Assembly (NCBI GenBank): GCA_013607665.1
Contig: VCAX01000001.1
Span: forward strand, 396 to 64,395
DNA: 64,000 nt
Origin: Campylobacterota bacterium
Lineage (GTDB): Bacteria > Campylobacterota > Campylobacteria > Campylobacterales > Sulfurimonadaceae
Direction of reading: 5' to 3'
Positions within the stretch are counted from its first letter, which is position 1. Every line of letters begins with the position of its first letter. Both the position numbers and the translations under genes were made by a program. Positions 41,387 to 52,244 of this stretch are shown here, piece after piece. Under the pieces are notes generated by a model. The model saw only the letters and a list, made by a program, of their open reading frames with translations. It was not told the origin of the DNA and made no database searches.

Positions 41387-41993
41387 ATGAAAACACTTGA
41401 GCATGTAGGTCCAAAACCAATTATTTCTGAAACTGGCATAGATTTTGATAAAAATCATGATGACAAATATAATTATTTTCCTGCTCTTGTCGAATTGCTT
41501 AAAGCACTAGATCATGAATATTTTGAAAACAAGCAGTACACATTTGAAGCAAACCCAAAGAATTTAAGCAATAGAGAGATATTAGATGCTCTACACTCTT
41601 ATTGTCCAGACTTAGAGACCCTTTTAAAAGAGAAAGAAGCACAGGTTGCAGCGGAGATAGAAGAAAAAATAGAGACTATCGAAACAAATCCAAACCTTGA
41701 GCCTGATGCAAAAATCGCTTATAAGAACAATTCTAAAGATAATGCATGACTACCTCGTTAGATTTGCATCTAATGAAGCCGTTTATGCCTGCGCCTTAAA
41801 TAAACTCGCTCAGATCGTAACTAAAGACCATATAGATTACATCATCATTCCAATGTTTCAAAAATTTGCTTACATTCTTCATCAACTACAGAGCATATTA
41901 AAAGATCAAAAGCATCCTATCGATACCAAACTAGATATCCTTGAAGAAAACGGACAACTAATCGCTAAATTAAAAGTTATAACTTTAGTTTAG
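41387..41993 (+). pseudogene. Hypothetical protein split by a frameshift
   Basis: Overlapping ORFs 41387-41749 and 41697-41993 join by removing 1 nt near 41731 (AYKNN|LKIMHDY). Confidence 0.7.
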
Positions 41994-42804
41994 CGATTGT
42001 ATCTCCAAATCTCACTTTCTCTCCTGCTTCTATTAACAGACTTTCAAACATCTCTTTCTCCGATAAAATGACAATCGTCGAACCCATTTCAAAACATCCG
42101 AAATCATCCCCTTTATCAAGATAGAGGTCTGTAAACTCATAGACTTTCTCGCCGATAACATCTGCGTTTGTCTGTATTTGCGGTGCAAAACTTACTTGCA
42201 TGACACCGACATTAAGTGCACTGACTAAGACCATGTAGAATTGTTTGCCTTGCATCGTTTCACACTGCAGTACAACTCGCTCATTCTCTATAAAGAGATT
42301 AAGACGCTTTTTGAGTGATGGAAAATTCACAGGATAGAATTTTCCAGGAATATGCACAGCTTTTAAAACTTTCATATTTATTGGAACATGGTAGCGATGA
42401 TAATCTTTTGGAGAGAGATAAAAATTAATAAAATCTCCATCATACATAGCCTCTTTTTCCTGCTGCGTGAAGTTCGCTCCCAAGAGTTCATCCGTTTTAT
42501 AACGCATTCCTTTTATCTGCAGAGCATAGCCCTCTTTAATTGTGCCGCACTCTGAAATCAAAGCATCACAAGGAGAGATAAAATCCGCCGCCGCAAGAGA
42601 GAAGTGACGCGGTTCTCTTAGATGCCTTGTAAAAAGTGCATTGAGCGTTTTGTAACTGTTTGGTGCATGAAATTCACGCATATCCAGTCCCATTAGACTC
42701 ACATAGCTTTGATTGACTATATTTTGAAACCATTTTGGAAATTCTTTGGATGCGAATTTTCCAAATATTTGTGATATTGCCGATGTAATATGTCTTTTTT
42801 GCAT
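41977..42804 (-). CDS. psd: Phosphatidylserine decarboxylase proenzyme
   Basis: ISPCD, YLSPKDYHRYH, ENER, FEMGST cleavage motif. Confidence 0.95.
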   Translation of the reverse strand: MQKRHITSAISQIFGKFASKEFPKWFQNIVNQSYVSLMGLDMREFHAPNSYKTLNALFTRHLREPRHFSLAAADFISPCDALISECGTIKEGYALQIKGMRYKTDELLGANFTQQEKEAMYDGDFINFYLSPKDYHRYHVPINMKVLKAVHIPGKFYPVNFPSLKKRLNLFIENERVVLQCETMQGKQFYMVLVSALNVGVMQVSFAPQIQTNADVIGEKVYEFTDLYLDKGDDFGCFEMGSTIVILSEKEMFESLLIEAGEKVRFGDTIAKLKL

Positions 42805-42819
42805 TGTTATTTTCAATCC

Positions 42820-43893
42820 TTAGTTAATTTTTCTTTTTGCTATCTCTTCGATAAGCACCGTTGCGTATGAGCCTTTTGGCAAAGTGAAGTTTAGTTCATA
42901 CTGTGCCTCTATTGGGTTAAAACGCCCCTCTATCTCTGTTGGATAGACCCACGCATAGCGCCTTGCACCATCTGCATTGATTGCATCGTCATACTCTTTT
43001 TCAATAACTCTGGCTTCCATAGTAGCAAGCCGAGCTTTTTTTCCGGGAAGCAGGCCTGTAACACTTACATCACGTTCATTAAAACGCTTTAAATCATCCT
43101 CTGCACCTTCATAATCAAAAAGTCTTCCATAAGGATAGTGTTCCATAACATCTCCACTGATAAGTTTAAAAAGATGTGACTGTGCTTTCATCTTTTTTAC
43201 TTCATCATTTGGCATATTGAGCAATGATTCCAATTCACTCGCTTCAAAACTACTCACAAGAGAGTTTATTTCAAGTCTGCGTGAGAGCCAGAGATTGAAC
43301 AGATGTGACTGATAGGCATTGATAAGCAGTTTTTTGACACGCGGGTTTCGCTCACGCGCCTCCCCTTTTGCCAATTTTTCTCCGAGGATGTGGTTGTCTT
43401 CGTCATTCCCAAAACGCTGGTACCCAAAAAAGTTCGGCATCCCCTGCTTACCAATATTTTTGAGTGCTTCATCAATTTTTGCAGCTGCGGTAGGATTGAC
43501 CTTTTTTAGCTTGATATAGAAACGGTTTCCCTTAAGGTGCCCTATTCTAATTTTATTGTTATGGTAGGTTTTTGAGATGACTTTAATCCCGTCAAAATTA
43601 AAGTTCTCCATTGCTTCTTCATACTTTCTATGCAGTGAAATATACTGCTTTGTCATAGCATGCTTGTCTTTGAGCCCCGCATATCCTATCTCTTTGTTCT
43701 TAATCCCCAGATATCTTGCAATCTGCCCTATCATCTCTGTTGTAGAGAGATTTTTCTTGCGTACAAATAGAACAAGATGCTCTCCCTCTCCACTAAATTC
43801 ATAGAGTGGAATCTCTTCAACGACAAAATCTCGCGGTGTCTGTTTGAAGTGAAAATCAATGCTTGCATGTCCAAGCGAATAAAATCTATCCAT
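42820..43893 (-). CDS. truD: tRNA pseudouridine(13) synthase
   Basis: DFVVEE, YAGLKDKHAMT, PNFFGYQRFG, LPKGSYAT. Confidence 0.97.
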   Translation of the reverse strand: MDRFYSLGHASIDFHFKQTPRDFVVEEIPLYEFSGEGEHLVLFVRKKNLSTTEMIGQIARYLGIKNKEIGYAGLKDKHAMTKQYISLHRKYEEAMENFNFDGIKVISKTYHNNKIRIGHLKGNRFYIKLKKVNPTAAAKIDEALKNIGKQGMPNFFGYQRFGNDEDNHILGEKLAKGEARERNPRVKKLLINAYQSHLFNLWLSRRLEINSLVSSFEASELESLLNMPNDEVKKMKAQSHLFKLISGDVMEHYPYGRLFDYEGAEDDLKRFNERDVSVTGLLPGKKARLATMEARVIEKEYDDAINADGARRYAWVYPTEIEGRFNPIEAQYELNFTLPKGSYATVLIEEIAKRKIN

Positions 43894-43910
43894 ATATTTT
43901 TCCTAATTGT

Positions 43911-44729
43911 TTAAAAATGATGCGCTTTGCATCTATTTATGTATCTGTTGCATGAAGCAGCCCCAAAAACAGTAAGCTTTGTTTTGCTCTGTTTTGCTCT
44001 TCTTTGTATAGCTTTTATATCACGCTTGTCAAATGCAACAAGCATCTCATACTCTTCCCCACTGCAACCTTTGTCTTTTTTGATTTTTGTATCAAAAGAG
44101 ATGCCGCAGTTATTGACCTTAAGTATCTTTTGTAAATCACTGAAAAGTCCATCGGATATATCCATACCCGCTTTCAAATAGCGTGCTGATCTTTGCATAA
44201 AGGCCTCACGCAACACAATATTTACAAACTTTGACTTTTTGTTAATCTTACCACCACGAAAAAGCTTTTTCAAATCTTTGGCACTTCTGCCAAGCTCACC
44301 CGTATAGGCTAAAAGATAAGTATCTCGAATACCCTTGCGAAACAATGGCTTTTTACTTTTTGAGATTATAGTAACAGTTATATCGAGCTTTGTGTTACTA
44401 ATCGTATCGCCGCCAATAATTTCTATATTATAACATTTTGCAACATCTTTGAAGCCTTCAGCCAACTCCTGCATCGCTTTTTTATCCATACTTTTTGGCA
44501 TTGCAACACTCAGCAGTGCATAGCAGGGTTTTGCATTCATGGCAATAGCATCGGAAATGTTGACCAGCATTGCTTTTTGGGCTATTTGATAGTAACTCAT
44601 CCACTCTTTTTTAAAATGCACATCTTCAAAAAAAGCATCTTTGGAATAGACAAAATCACCTATAACGGCTGCATCGTCACCAATGTGACTATTGTTAAAA
44701 AGTGATATAAAATAATTTTCTAAATTCAA
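43911..44729 (-). CDS. thiL: Thiamine-monophosphate kinase
   Basis: IGDDAAV, NISDAIAMNA, IIGGDT, MDISDGL, GEEYEML. Confidence 0.94.
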   Translation of the reverse strand: MNLENYFISLFNNSHIGDDAAVIGDFVYSKDAFFEDVHFKKEWMSYYQIAQKAMLVNISDAIAMNAKPCYALLSVAMPKSMDKKAMQELAEGFKDVAKCYNIEIIGGDTISNTKLDITVTIISKSKKPLFRKGIRDTYLLAYTGELGRSAKDLKKLFRGGKINKKSKFVNIVLREAFMQRSARYLKAGMDISDGLFSDLQKILKVNNCGISFDTKIKKDKGCSGEEYEMLVAFDKRDIKAIQRRAKQSKTKLTVFGAASCNRYINRCKAHHF

Positions 44730-44814
44730 AATTCCTCTTTCTACTTAAGCAAATCTTAATCGCAACCGATATAGAATAGTAAGCAATTATAACATTTTTA
44801 GGAAAATTAATTAC

Positions 44815-46030
44815 ATGAAACACTCTATAAAGAAAATATTTCAGAACTTAAACACATATTTACTCTTTGTTCTTGTCGCTGCGACGCTTGGACTCTTATC
44901 AATATTTGAGCATACACTTTCGTTTGACAAAGTTGATAATCTTGTCAATCAAAAAAAGATTATTGCATCTTTAACAAAACTCGACAAAAAAGATTTAGAA
45001 CTTGCCTTGATTCTTTTCAATGGAAAAAGTACTCGTCTGCATCAAGAGATTGACAAACTGCGTACGATGTATAAATATGCATATATGGATAAATATCTTG
45101 TGCATAATGAAAAAGAGTATCTTGCTGATTTAGATAAGCTCTCTGCTCTTACAGACAAGTTCAATAAAGCCGCACAAGAGTACTATGTCGATACAAAAAA
45201 CAAAGTTCTTGAAGTAAAAGCGAAAAAAAAATCTCGATATTGCTTTTGAGAAGATAAACAAACAGATAGATACAATACTGCTAAAAAACATTCATTACAA
45301 TGAAGAAAAATTCAAATATATCAAATATGCCGTTATAGTCATCTTCGTTCTTATTTTACTTGCAACTATTTACTATCGTAAAGCACTCCATGCTATCTAT
45401 AAAGATATTGAATTTCTACTGCAGATAGACAAACAGAGAAAAAATCACAATATATACTCTCAAGAGGCTGATGCCATAGCATTGCGTGTAAACAGAAAAC
45501 AAAGTACCAATGACAATAATCCTGATATGTTGGACCCTGTAACAGAGATCAATAATTATAAAGGAATGATCAATGATTATTCTCTTAAAAAAAGAACGCA
45601 AGGCAGTAACTTTACATCTGTAGCTGTTTTAGAAATAGATAATTTTTCAAAATCCAACCGAGCATTTCCACAGGATGTCACGCAAGCAATACTTAAGAAG
45701 ATAGCCTACACTATCTCCCTGCACCAACAGCCGCTTGATATTATCGCTCGAACGGATTACAATCAATTTACCATTATTCTCTCTCGTCCTTCAAAAGAAC
45801 AGGCTTATAAAGATATAGAACTCATTCGTGAAAGTATCGCAGAGCTTAAGTTCAACATTCCACACAAAGGTGCTACACAAATAACTGTCAGTGGCGGGTT
45901 TATTATCAAACCAAACAATACCTCTTTGGAAGAAGCGATAAAACAGGCAAAAGAGATTCTTCTTTATGCACAATCACTCGGCACAAATAAAATTATGCAA
46001 ACAAGAGATCTTGCACAAAAGGATATGTAA
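44815..46030 (+). pseudogene. Membrane sensor + degenerate GGDEF protein, frameshifted at poly-A
   Basis: A9 tract at 45223-45231; A8 would read through a second TM into LDPVT..N..G, EIDNF, ARTDYNQF, TVSGG. Confidence 0.85.
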
Positions 46031-46164
46031 TATCATTTTCCTTTATATGTGTCTCAAATAGTAACAATCACAAACTTCCTCAAAACAAACGCTACATTTA
46101 ACCTGCGCTAAGGCTGGCTGCGATATAATCAGCATTATTTTAGTTCTTTATTGAAGGAAAGTTA

Positions 46165-47877
46165 ATGAGTATTCCTATTTATACTTACGATGCAATTGTT
46201 GTTGGTGCAGGTCTTGCAGGATGTGCAGCAGCAAGAAAGTTACAAAATGCAGGAAAAAAAGTTGCTGTTATTACAAAACTACATCCACTAAGAAGTCACT
46301 CGGGGGCTGCCCAAGGTGGTGTAAATGCAGCATTTAGTGATGAAGACAATATAGAACTTCACGAGTTCGATACAGTAAAAGGTTCTGATTACTTAGCAGA
46401 TCAGGATGCAGTTGAATTTATGTGTAAAAATGCACCTGAAACGATTCGCTGGGCGGAGAGAATGGGTGCCGCATTTAGTAGAACTGCTGATGGCAAGATA
46501 GCACAGCGACCTTTTGGTGGACAATCTTCTCCTCGTGCATGCTATGCGAAAGACAGAACAGGATTAACTCTTTTACAAACTATTTATGAGCAAGCAGACC
46601 GCGTTGGTGTAAAATTTTGGGACGAATGGTATGCTGCAGACATCATCTATAAAGATGGTAAGGTTTCTGGTGTCGTAGCTTTTAATATTCGTGATATGCA
46701 AATGGCTATTTTCAATGCAAAATCTGTCATGTTCGCTACCGGTGGCTATGCAAGATGTTATAAAATCAACTCAAATGCTCACGCAAATACAGGTGATGGA
46801 CTCTCAATCGTTGCACGCCACGGTATTCCATTAGAAGATATGGAATTTGTACAGTTTCACCCGTCAGGACTCTCTGGAAACGGTGTTTTAATCTCAGAAG
46901 CTGCACGTGGTGAAGGTGGTCGTCTTTACAACTCTAAAGGTGAGCGTTTTATGGAAAAATATGCTCCAAATGCACTTGAACTCGCATCTCGTGACGTTGT
47001 ATCGCGTGCAATCTTAAATGAAATTCGTGAAGGACGCGGTGTAGGACCAAGAAAAGATGCCGTTTATCTTGATGTAACACACTTAGGAAAAGATCTTATC
47101 ATGGAAAGACTTCCTGAGTTACGTGAACTTGCAATGACTTTCCTCGGGCTTGATATGATAAAAGAGCCTATTCTTATCTCTGCAACTGCACACTACTCTA
47201 TGGGTGGTATTCCTGTTAACATTGCCGGAAATGTTCGCAAAAACAATGATGAACTTATTGAAGGCTTCTATGCTGCAGGTGAGTGTTCTTGTGTATCTGT
47301 TCATGGCGCAAACCGTCTTGGTGCGAACTCTGTACTTGAAGCACTTCTTTTTGGTCGCTATGTTGGAAAAACAATGGTTGAAGAGATCGATGGTATTGAA
47401 CTTCGTCCTGCAACAGCAGAAGATGCACAAACTGCACTGCAAGAGATAGAAACAATACTAAACAACAACGGAGATGAAACAGTACCGCAAATCCGTGAAG
47501 AGCTACAACAATGTATGACAGCGAATGCCGGAGCATTTAGAACTGAAGAGACTATTGCAGAAGCAATTAAAACAGTAAAAGAGTTGCGTGAGCGCTTTAA
47601 AAACATCCGTATCAAAGATAAATCCAAAGTATTTAATACAGAACTGCAAGAAGCCCTTGAACTTGGACATATGCTTGACTATTCACTCTTCATCGTTGAA
47701 TCAGCACTCCCTAGAAAAGAGAGCCGTGGTGCACACTACAGAGAAGATCACCAAGAGCGTGATGATGAGAACTGGTTGAAACACACTATGGCATATATGG
47801 ATGAAAACGGCGATATCAAACTTGACTACATGGATGTTGTACTTGGCAAACATGAGCTCAAAGCAAGAAATTACTAA
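46165..47877 (+). CDS. sdhA: Succinate dehydrogenase/fumarate reductase flavoprotein
   Basis: [39 protein letters not shown]; no Tat signal. Confidence 0.95.
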   Translation: MSIPIYTYDAIVVGAGLAGCAAARKLQNAGKKVAVITKLHPLRSHSGAAQGGVNAAFSDEDNIELHEFDTVKGSDYLADQDAVEFMCKNAPETIRWAERMGAAFSRTADGKIAQRPFGGQSSPRACYAKDRTGLTLLQTIYEQADRVGVKFWDEWYAADIIYKDGKVSGVVAFNIRDMQMAIFNAKSVMFATGGYARCYKINSNAHANTGDGLSIVARHGIPLEDMEFVQFHPSGLSGNGVLISEAARGEGGRLYNSKGERFMEKYAPNALELASRDVVSRAILNEIREGRGVGPRKDAVYLDVTHLGKDLIMERLPELRELAMTFLGLDMIKEPILISATAHYSMGGIPVNIAGNVRKNNDELIEGFYAAGECSCVSVHGANRLGANSVLEALLFGRYVGKTMVEEIDGIELRPATAEDAQTALQEIETILNNNGDETVPQIREELQQCMTANAGAFRTEETIAEAIKTVKELRERFKNIRIKDKSKVFNTELQEALELGHMLDYSLFIVESALPRKESRGAHYREDHQERDDENWLKHTMAYMDENGDIKLDYMDVVLGKHELKARNY

Positions 47878-47886
47878 GGATAACTT

Positions 47887-48867
47887 ATGAGTACAGAACA
47901 TAAAATAACTACACAGCAAGTAAACTTTAAAGTATTTCGCTTTAATGCTGATGAAGACTATCTTCCATACTATGAAGATTACAATATGGAAGTCACTTCA
48001 GAAGAAGTTGTACTTGATATATTAAACAGAATCAAATGGGATCATGATGGAAGTTTTTCATACAGACGATCATGCCGTCATGGTATTTGTGGAGCATGTG
48101 CCATTAAAGTAAACGGTCGCTCGACACTTGCCTGTAAAGAGAGCATGAACGACATGGTTGAACTTTTTGGCAATGAACTTACTATTGAGCCACTCAGCAT
48201 CAAGCGTGCAGTTAAAGATATGATCATCGATAAAGGTGATTTCTGGGAGAAACATGAAGCTGTCAGCCCATACCTTGTTGCCGATATTGATGAAACACCT
48301 GAAAGTGAGAACCTTGTATCACCTCAAGAAGCAGATGCACTTGATGATGCGGACCTCTGTATTCAATGTGGTGCATGTCACTATGCATGTCCTGTAGTTG
48401 AAATAAATGAAGAGTTCTTTGGCCCTGCAGCATTTGCAGCAGCATACAGATTTTCTGCTGATGTTCGTGATGATTCTCAAGAGAGACTTGCAACTGTTAA
48501 CGAGATGAGGCAAGGTGTTTGGGATTGTGTAAAATGTTTTGAATGTGCAGAAGTATGTCCAAAAGAGATCAATCCAATTGGAAAAATCACAAAACTGCAT
48601 CAAATGGCATTCCAAGAAGGAATTGCAGAAAATAATGTTGCAGTCCGTCACGCGGTCGGATTTAAAAAATCAATTGAAAAACGTGGTGTACTTGATGAAG
48701 GTGGATTGGTACTCTACTCTGAAGGTCCGGCAATTGTCAAACATGTTCCTGTTGCGCTCAAAATGCTTAAAAAAGGCAAAATCGCAATGCCATGGAATAT
48801 CCCAACATCAGATAACATGGATGAGATCAAAAAACTTGTTGAATCTTCATCTACTGCAAAGTTCTAG
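47887..48867 (+). CDS. sdhB: Succinate dehydrogenase/fumarate reductase iron-sulfur subunit
   Basis: SCRHGICGAC, CIQCGACHYACP, CVKCFECAEVCP. Confidence 0.95.
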   Translation: MSTEHKITTQQVNFKVFRFNADEDYLPYYEDYNMEVTSEEVVLDILNRIKWDHDGSFSYRRSCRHGICGACAIKVNGRSTLACKESMNDMVELFGNELTIEPLSIKRAVKDMIIDKGDFWEKHEAVSPYLVADIDETPESENLVSPQEADALDDADLCIQCGACHYACPVVEINEEFFGPAAFAAAYRFSADVRDDSQERLATVNEMRQGVWDCVKCFECAEVCPKEINPIGKITKLHQMAFQEGIAENNVAVRHAVGFKKSIEKRGVLDEGGLVLYSEGPAIVKHVPVALKMLKKGKIAMPWNIPTSDNMDEIKKLVESSSTAKF

Positions 48868-48877
48868 GAGTTAAATA

Positions 48878-49759
48878 ATGGAAAAATTAAAATACGCACT
48901 TTTTACAGGATGTACAGCAAAACAGAGTACTCCAGAGCAAATGATGTCAACAATGGCAGTTGCAGAGAAACTCGGTATTGAGCTTGTTGAACTGACAGAA
49001 GCTTCATGCTGTGGTGCTTCTCATCTCCAAGATTATGATGACTTTTTATCTCTTGTGCTCAATGCAAGAAATATCGCATATGCAGAAAAACATGGACTCA
49101 CAATGGTAACTATCTGTAATACATGTCAGCTTAACACTGCTATGACAAAACATAGACTAGATAATGATGCAGATCTTAAAGCGAGAGTGAATGAAAAGCT
49201 CGCAGAAGTAGGTCTTGAGTATAAAGGAACATCTGATATAACACACTTTTTATATGCCATAATCGATGATATCGGTCTTGACAAGATAAAAGAGATGGTT
49301 GTAACACCACTGAGCCAATTCAACATTGCTCCTTTTTATGGTTGTCACAATATCCGCCCTTCAGAACTACAAAATGAGACACACAAATCTCCAGAATCTG
49401 CATATCGCCCTACTTCACTCGATGATCTTATCATCGCGTGTGGCGGTCAAAATGTTGACTATGAAGAGAAAACTAAATGCTGTGGTTTCCATGTAGAACT
49501 GCAAGCGCCGCATACTGCTGCTGTTTTAACAGGAAACGCAATCGCAGGGGCAATGGATGGCAACGCAGACTGGATGGTAACACCATGTCCACTCTGTCAT
49601 CTTAAACTTGATACACAAACGGCTCACGCATCTGAAGCAATCGGTCGTGAAGTAGAACTTCCTGTACTGCATATGCAGCAAATGGTAGGTTTAGCTCTTG
49701 GCTGTACTCCGGCTGAGCTTGGACTCAATCACCACTTGGCAAAAGTTGATTTCATTTAA
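48878..49759 (+). CDS. CCG-domain (HdrB/SdhE-like) membrane-anchor subunit
   Basis: GC..SCCG..CNTC and YGC..KCCG..CPLC. Confidence 0.92.
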   Translation: MEKLKYALFTGCTAKQSTPEQMMSTMAVAEKLGIELVELTEASCCGASHLQDYDDFLSLVLNARNIAYAEKHGLTMVTICNTCQLNTAMTKHRLDNDADLKARVNEKLAEVGLEYKGTSDITHFLYAIIDDIGLDKIKEMVVTPLSQFNIAPFYGCHNIRPSELQNETHKSPESAYRPTSLDDLIIACGGQNVDYEEKTKCCGFHVELQAPHTAAVLTGNAIAGAMDGNADWMVTPCPLCHLKLDTQTAHASEAIGREVELPVLHMQQMVGLALGCTPAELGLNHHLAKVDFI

Positions 49760-49769
49760 TAACACCTCT

Positions 49770-49798
49770 TTTATTCCATCTTTTTAAGATGGAATAAA
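49770..49798 (+). terminator. Hairpin after the sdh/frd operon
   Basis: TTTATTCCATCTT-ttt-AAGATGGAATAAA, 13-bp stem. Confidence 0.7.
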
Positions 49799-49831
49799 CT
49801 TCTTCTATATCATAATTTCAGGACTTTACAA

Positions 49832-50608
49832 ATGTCAGACGCAATAGAAATCATTTCATGGAATGTCAACGGTATTCGTGCAGTTGCCAACAAAGAAGCC
49901 CTTAGATGGATCGATGAAAGAGATACCGATATTCTTTGTCTGCAAGAGATAAAAGCACAAAAAGAGCAAATACCGGATAATCTTTTTGACAAAGAGTTTG
50001 TAGAAATCATTGTAAATCCAGCCGAGAAAAAAGGCTATAGTGGTACGGCTACATTTAGTGCCATAAAAAGTGATTTCCACACAACATGTCCTGATATTGA
50101 CCACACCAATGAAGGCAGAATCATAGAGAGCCATTATGGTGATGTCGTTCTTTTTAATGTCTATTTTCCAAATGGCCAAAAAGATGAAGAGCGACTTGAA
50201 CATAAGATGAAATTTTACGATGATTTTCTCTCTCACTGTGAAGCATTGCGTGAGGACGGCAAAAGTATCATTGTCTGTGGAGATGTCAACACTGCACACC
50301 GTGAAATAGACCTTAAAAATCCCAAGGCAAATGCCAAAACATCCGGTTTTCTTCCAATTGAGAGAGAGTGGATAGATAAATTTTTAGCGCATGGATACAT
50401 CGATACCTTTCGCTATGTCAATGGTGATGAAGCAGATAGATACTCTTGGTGGTCTTACCGTGCAAATGCACGAGTGAAGAATATTGGCTGGAGAATCGAT
50501 TATTTCTTTATCTCTGAGGATTTGGCGGAGTCTTTGGAAGATGCTTTCATTTTAGACTATATTGAAGGTTCAGACCACTGTCCTGTAGGAATTCGCATAG
50601 CATTGTAA
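49832..50608 (+). CDS. xth: Exodeoxyribonuclease III
   Basis: SWNVNG, LQEIK, NVYFPNG, GDVNTAH, WRIDY, SDHCP. Confidence 0.95.
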   Translation: MSDAIEIISWNVNGIRAVANKEALRWIDERDTDILCLQEIKAQKEQIPDNLFDKEFVEIIVNPAEKKGYSGTATFSAIKSDFHTTCPDIDHTNEGRIIESHYGDVVLFNVYFPNGQKDEERLEHKMKFYDDFLSHCEALREDGKSIIVCGDVNTAHREIDLKNPKANAKTSGFLPIEREWIDKFLAHGYIDTFRYVNGDEADRYSWWSYRANARVKNIGWRIDYFFISEDLAESLEDAFILDYIEGSDHCPVGIRIAL

Positions 50609-50737
50609 AATGCTACCTCCTACTTACTCGTCCTTACACATACAGCAAAATATTTATCACATTTATCACTAATGGAATCATGCCCATTCCTACTATAGAT
50701 AGTATAGGCATTCAAATTATTACCCTTCTCTTGTGTC

Positions 50738-50863
50738 TTACTTCAGTAGAGTCCATCTTCCAAATATCTCCCCTAGCGAGCCGGTTTTTTCTAAAATAGG
50801 ACGAGCTCTCTCTTGAATCTCTGGACTCATCTCTTCAAATTCCGGTAAATCTATATATGCCAT
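50738..50863 (-). pseudogene. N-terminal remnant, probably of an AhpD/CMD-like peroxidase-related gene
   Basis: AAGGA RBS, then MAYIDLPEFEEMSPEIQERARPILEKTGSLGEIF and an early stop; family assignment is from recollection. Confidence 0.5.
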
Positions 50864-50960
50864 TTTTAATCCTTGTTCTAATGTATATTCTATAAAAAAT
50901 CATGAAGCCTTATTTTACCAAAACTTTGCTCCATTATCTTTTCTAACTAGTATAAAAAGT

Positions 50961-50977
50961 GTAAAGCGATACTTTAC
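50961..50977. promoter_or_regulatory. Palindrome in the divergent promoter region, candidate MerR operator
   Basis: GTAAAG-cgata-CTTTAC just upstream of TGcTATAAT of the merR-like gene. Confidence 0.45.
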
Positions 50978-51028
50978 GTTTTGTATTATATGCTATAATT
51001 ATTAAAATGAAATTAAAGAAGGCTATCT

Positions 51029-51706
51029 ATGGAGTATAAGATTTCAGAAGTTGTAGCAAAAACAAATGTACCAAAATCAACAATACTCTACTATATCAAA
51101 GAGGGCTTATTACCTGAAGCCAAAAAGATTAAAGCGAATGTGCATAAATACAGTGATGAGCATATAGAGTTAGTAAAATACATTAAATATATGCAAGAGA
51201 GCATGGGAAGTTCCATTGAGGAGATAAAAGAGGCTCTCAAGAAGAAAAACAGCTCCTTTGCAGGTTCTTACACAATGCTTGCACCACTTATGAAAACACT
51301 CAGTGACGATTCAGGGCTCAAACACTATACAAAAGAAGAGTTCATTGAGCATTTTACAATTGATACAGAACTGCTGCAACGGCTCGTAGATGACGAGATT
51401 GTACTGCCGGTCAATCAAGACGACTTTACCAACAAAGATGTAGCCATCATAACCCTTGTAGAACACTTCTTAGAAGTTGGCATCCCCTCTTCTATATTGT
51501 ATGAGTATATAAAACATGCAAAGATACTTGCAATACTTGAACAAGAGATGCTGGAGAAACTTTGCGATGTAAGAGATGAAGAGAATTTTACAACCCTATG
51601 GAAAATCATGTTTGACACACTCTTTCATGCCAAAAAGTATCTCTTTAATCGTGCCACCTACAGAGTCCTTTTCCAAAGAGCAAAAGAGGAAATCACTCAA
51701 AAGTAA
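51029..51706 (+). CDS. MerR-family transcriptional regulator
   Basis: YKISEV....VPKSTILYY.KEGLL....Y...H...K.I...G.SIEEIK. Confidence 0.9.
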   Translation: MEYKISEVVAKTNVPKSTILYYIKEGLLPEAKKIKANVHKYSDEHIELVKYIKYMQESMGSSIEEIKEALKKKNSSFAGSYTMLAPLMKTLSDDSGLKHYTKEEFIEHFTIDTELLQRLVDDEIVLPVNQDDFTNKDVAIITLVEHFLEVGIPSSILYEYIKHAKILAILEQEMLEKLCDVRDEENFTTLWKIMFDTLFHAKKYLFNRATYRVLFQRAKEEITQK

Positions 51707-51710
51707 AATT

Positions 51711-52244
51711 CTACTTTGCCTTTGGACGAAATGCCTTAATGACCTCTTCATTCGTCTCAATATAAGGTCCTTCAATAAGATCAATGCAGTACGGTACCGC
51801 AGGAAAAACCGCATCAAGACACTCACGAATAGACTTTGGTTTTCCAGGAAGATTGATTATAAGCGATTTTCCTCTTATGCCCGCCGTTTGTCGAGAGAGA
51901 ATTGCTGTTGGCACATATTGCAGGCTTACCTGACGCATCAATTCACCAAACCCCGGCATCATCTTATCACATACATTCTCAGTAGCCTCTGGTGTTACAT
52001 CACGCAGTGCAGGCCCTGTTCCACCGGTAGTGACCACCAAACAGCACCCTGCTTCATCACAAAGTTCTTTCATTGTAGCTTCCAAAACATCCTGCTCATC
52101 AGGAATACATCTGTAAACTATCTCAAATTCACTTTTGAGATAATCTTTCATAGTATCTTGAATTGCTACACCGCTGATATCTTCATAAATACCTTTACTG
52201 GCTCTATCACTTGCTGTTATTACACCTATTTTTATTTCGCTCAT
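51711..52244 (-). CDS. mog: Molybdopterin adenylyltransferase
   Basis: SDRAS.G.YED.SG, TTGGTGPALRDVTPEAT, AILSRQ, NLPGKP. Confidence 0.97.
   Translation of the reverse strand: MSEIKIGVITASDRASKGIYEDISGVAIQDTMKDYLKSEFEIVYRCIPDEQDVLEATMKELCDEAGCCLVVTTGGTGPALRDVTPEATENVCDKMMPGFGELMRQVSLQYVPTAILSRQTAGIRGKSLIINLPGKPKSIRECLDAVFPAVPYCIDLIEGPYIETNEEVIKAFRPKAK

Noticed and set aside
44745-44759. TTAA-N7-TTAA possible response-regulator box
   Set aside because: Too common in AT-rich DNA to support from a single instance
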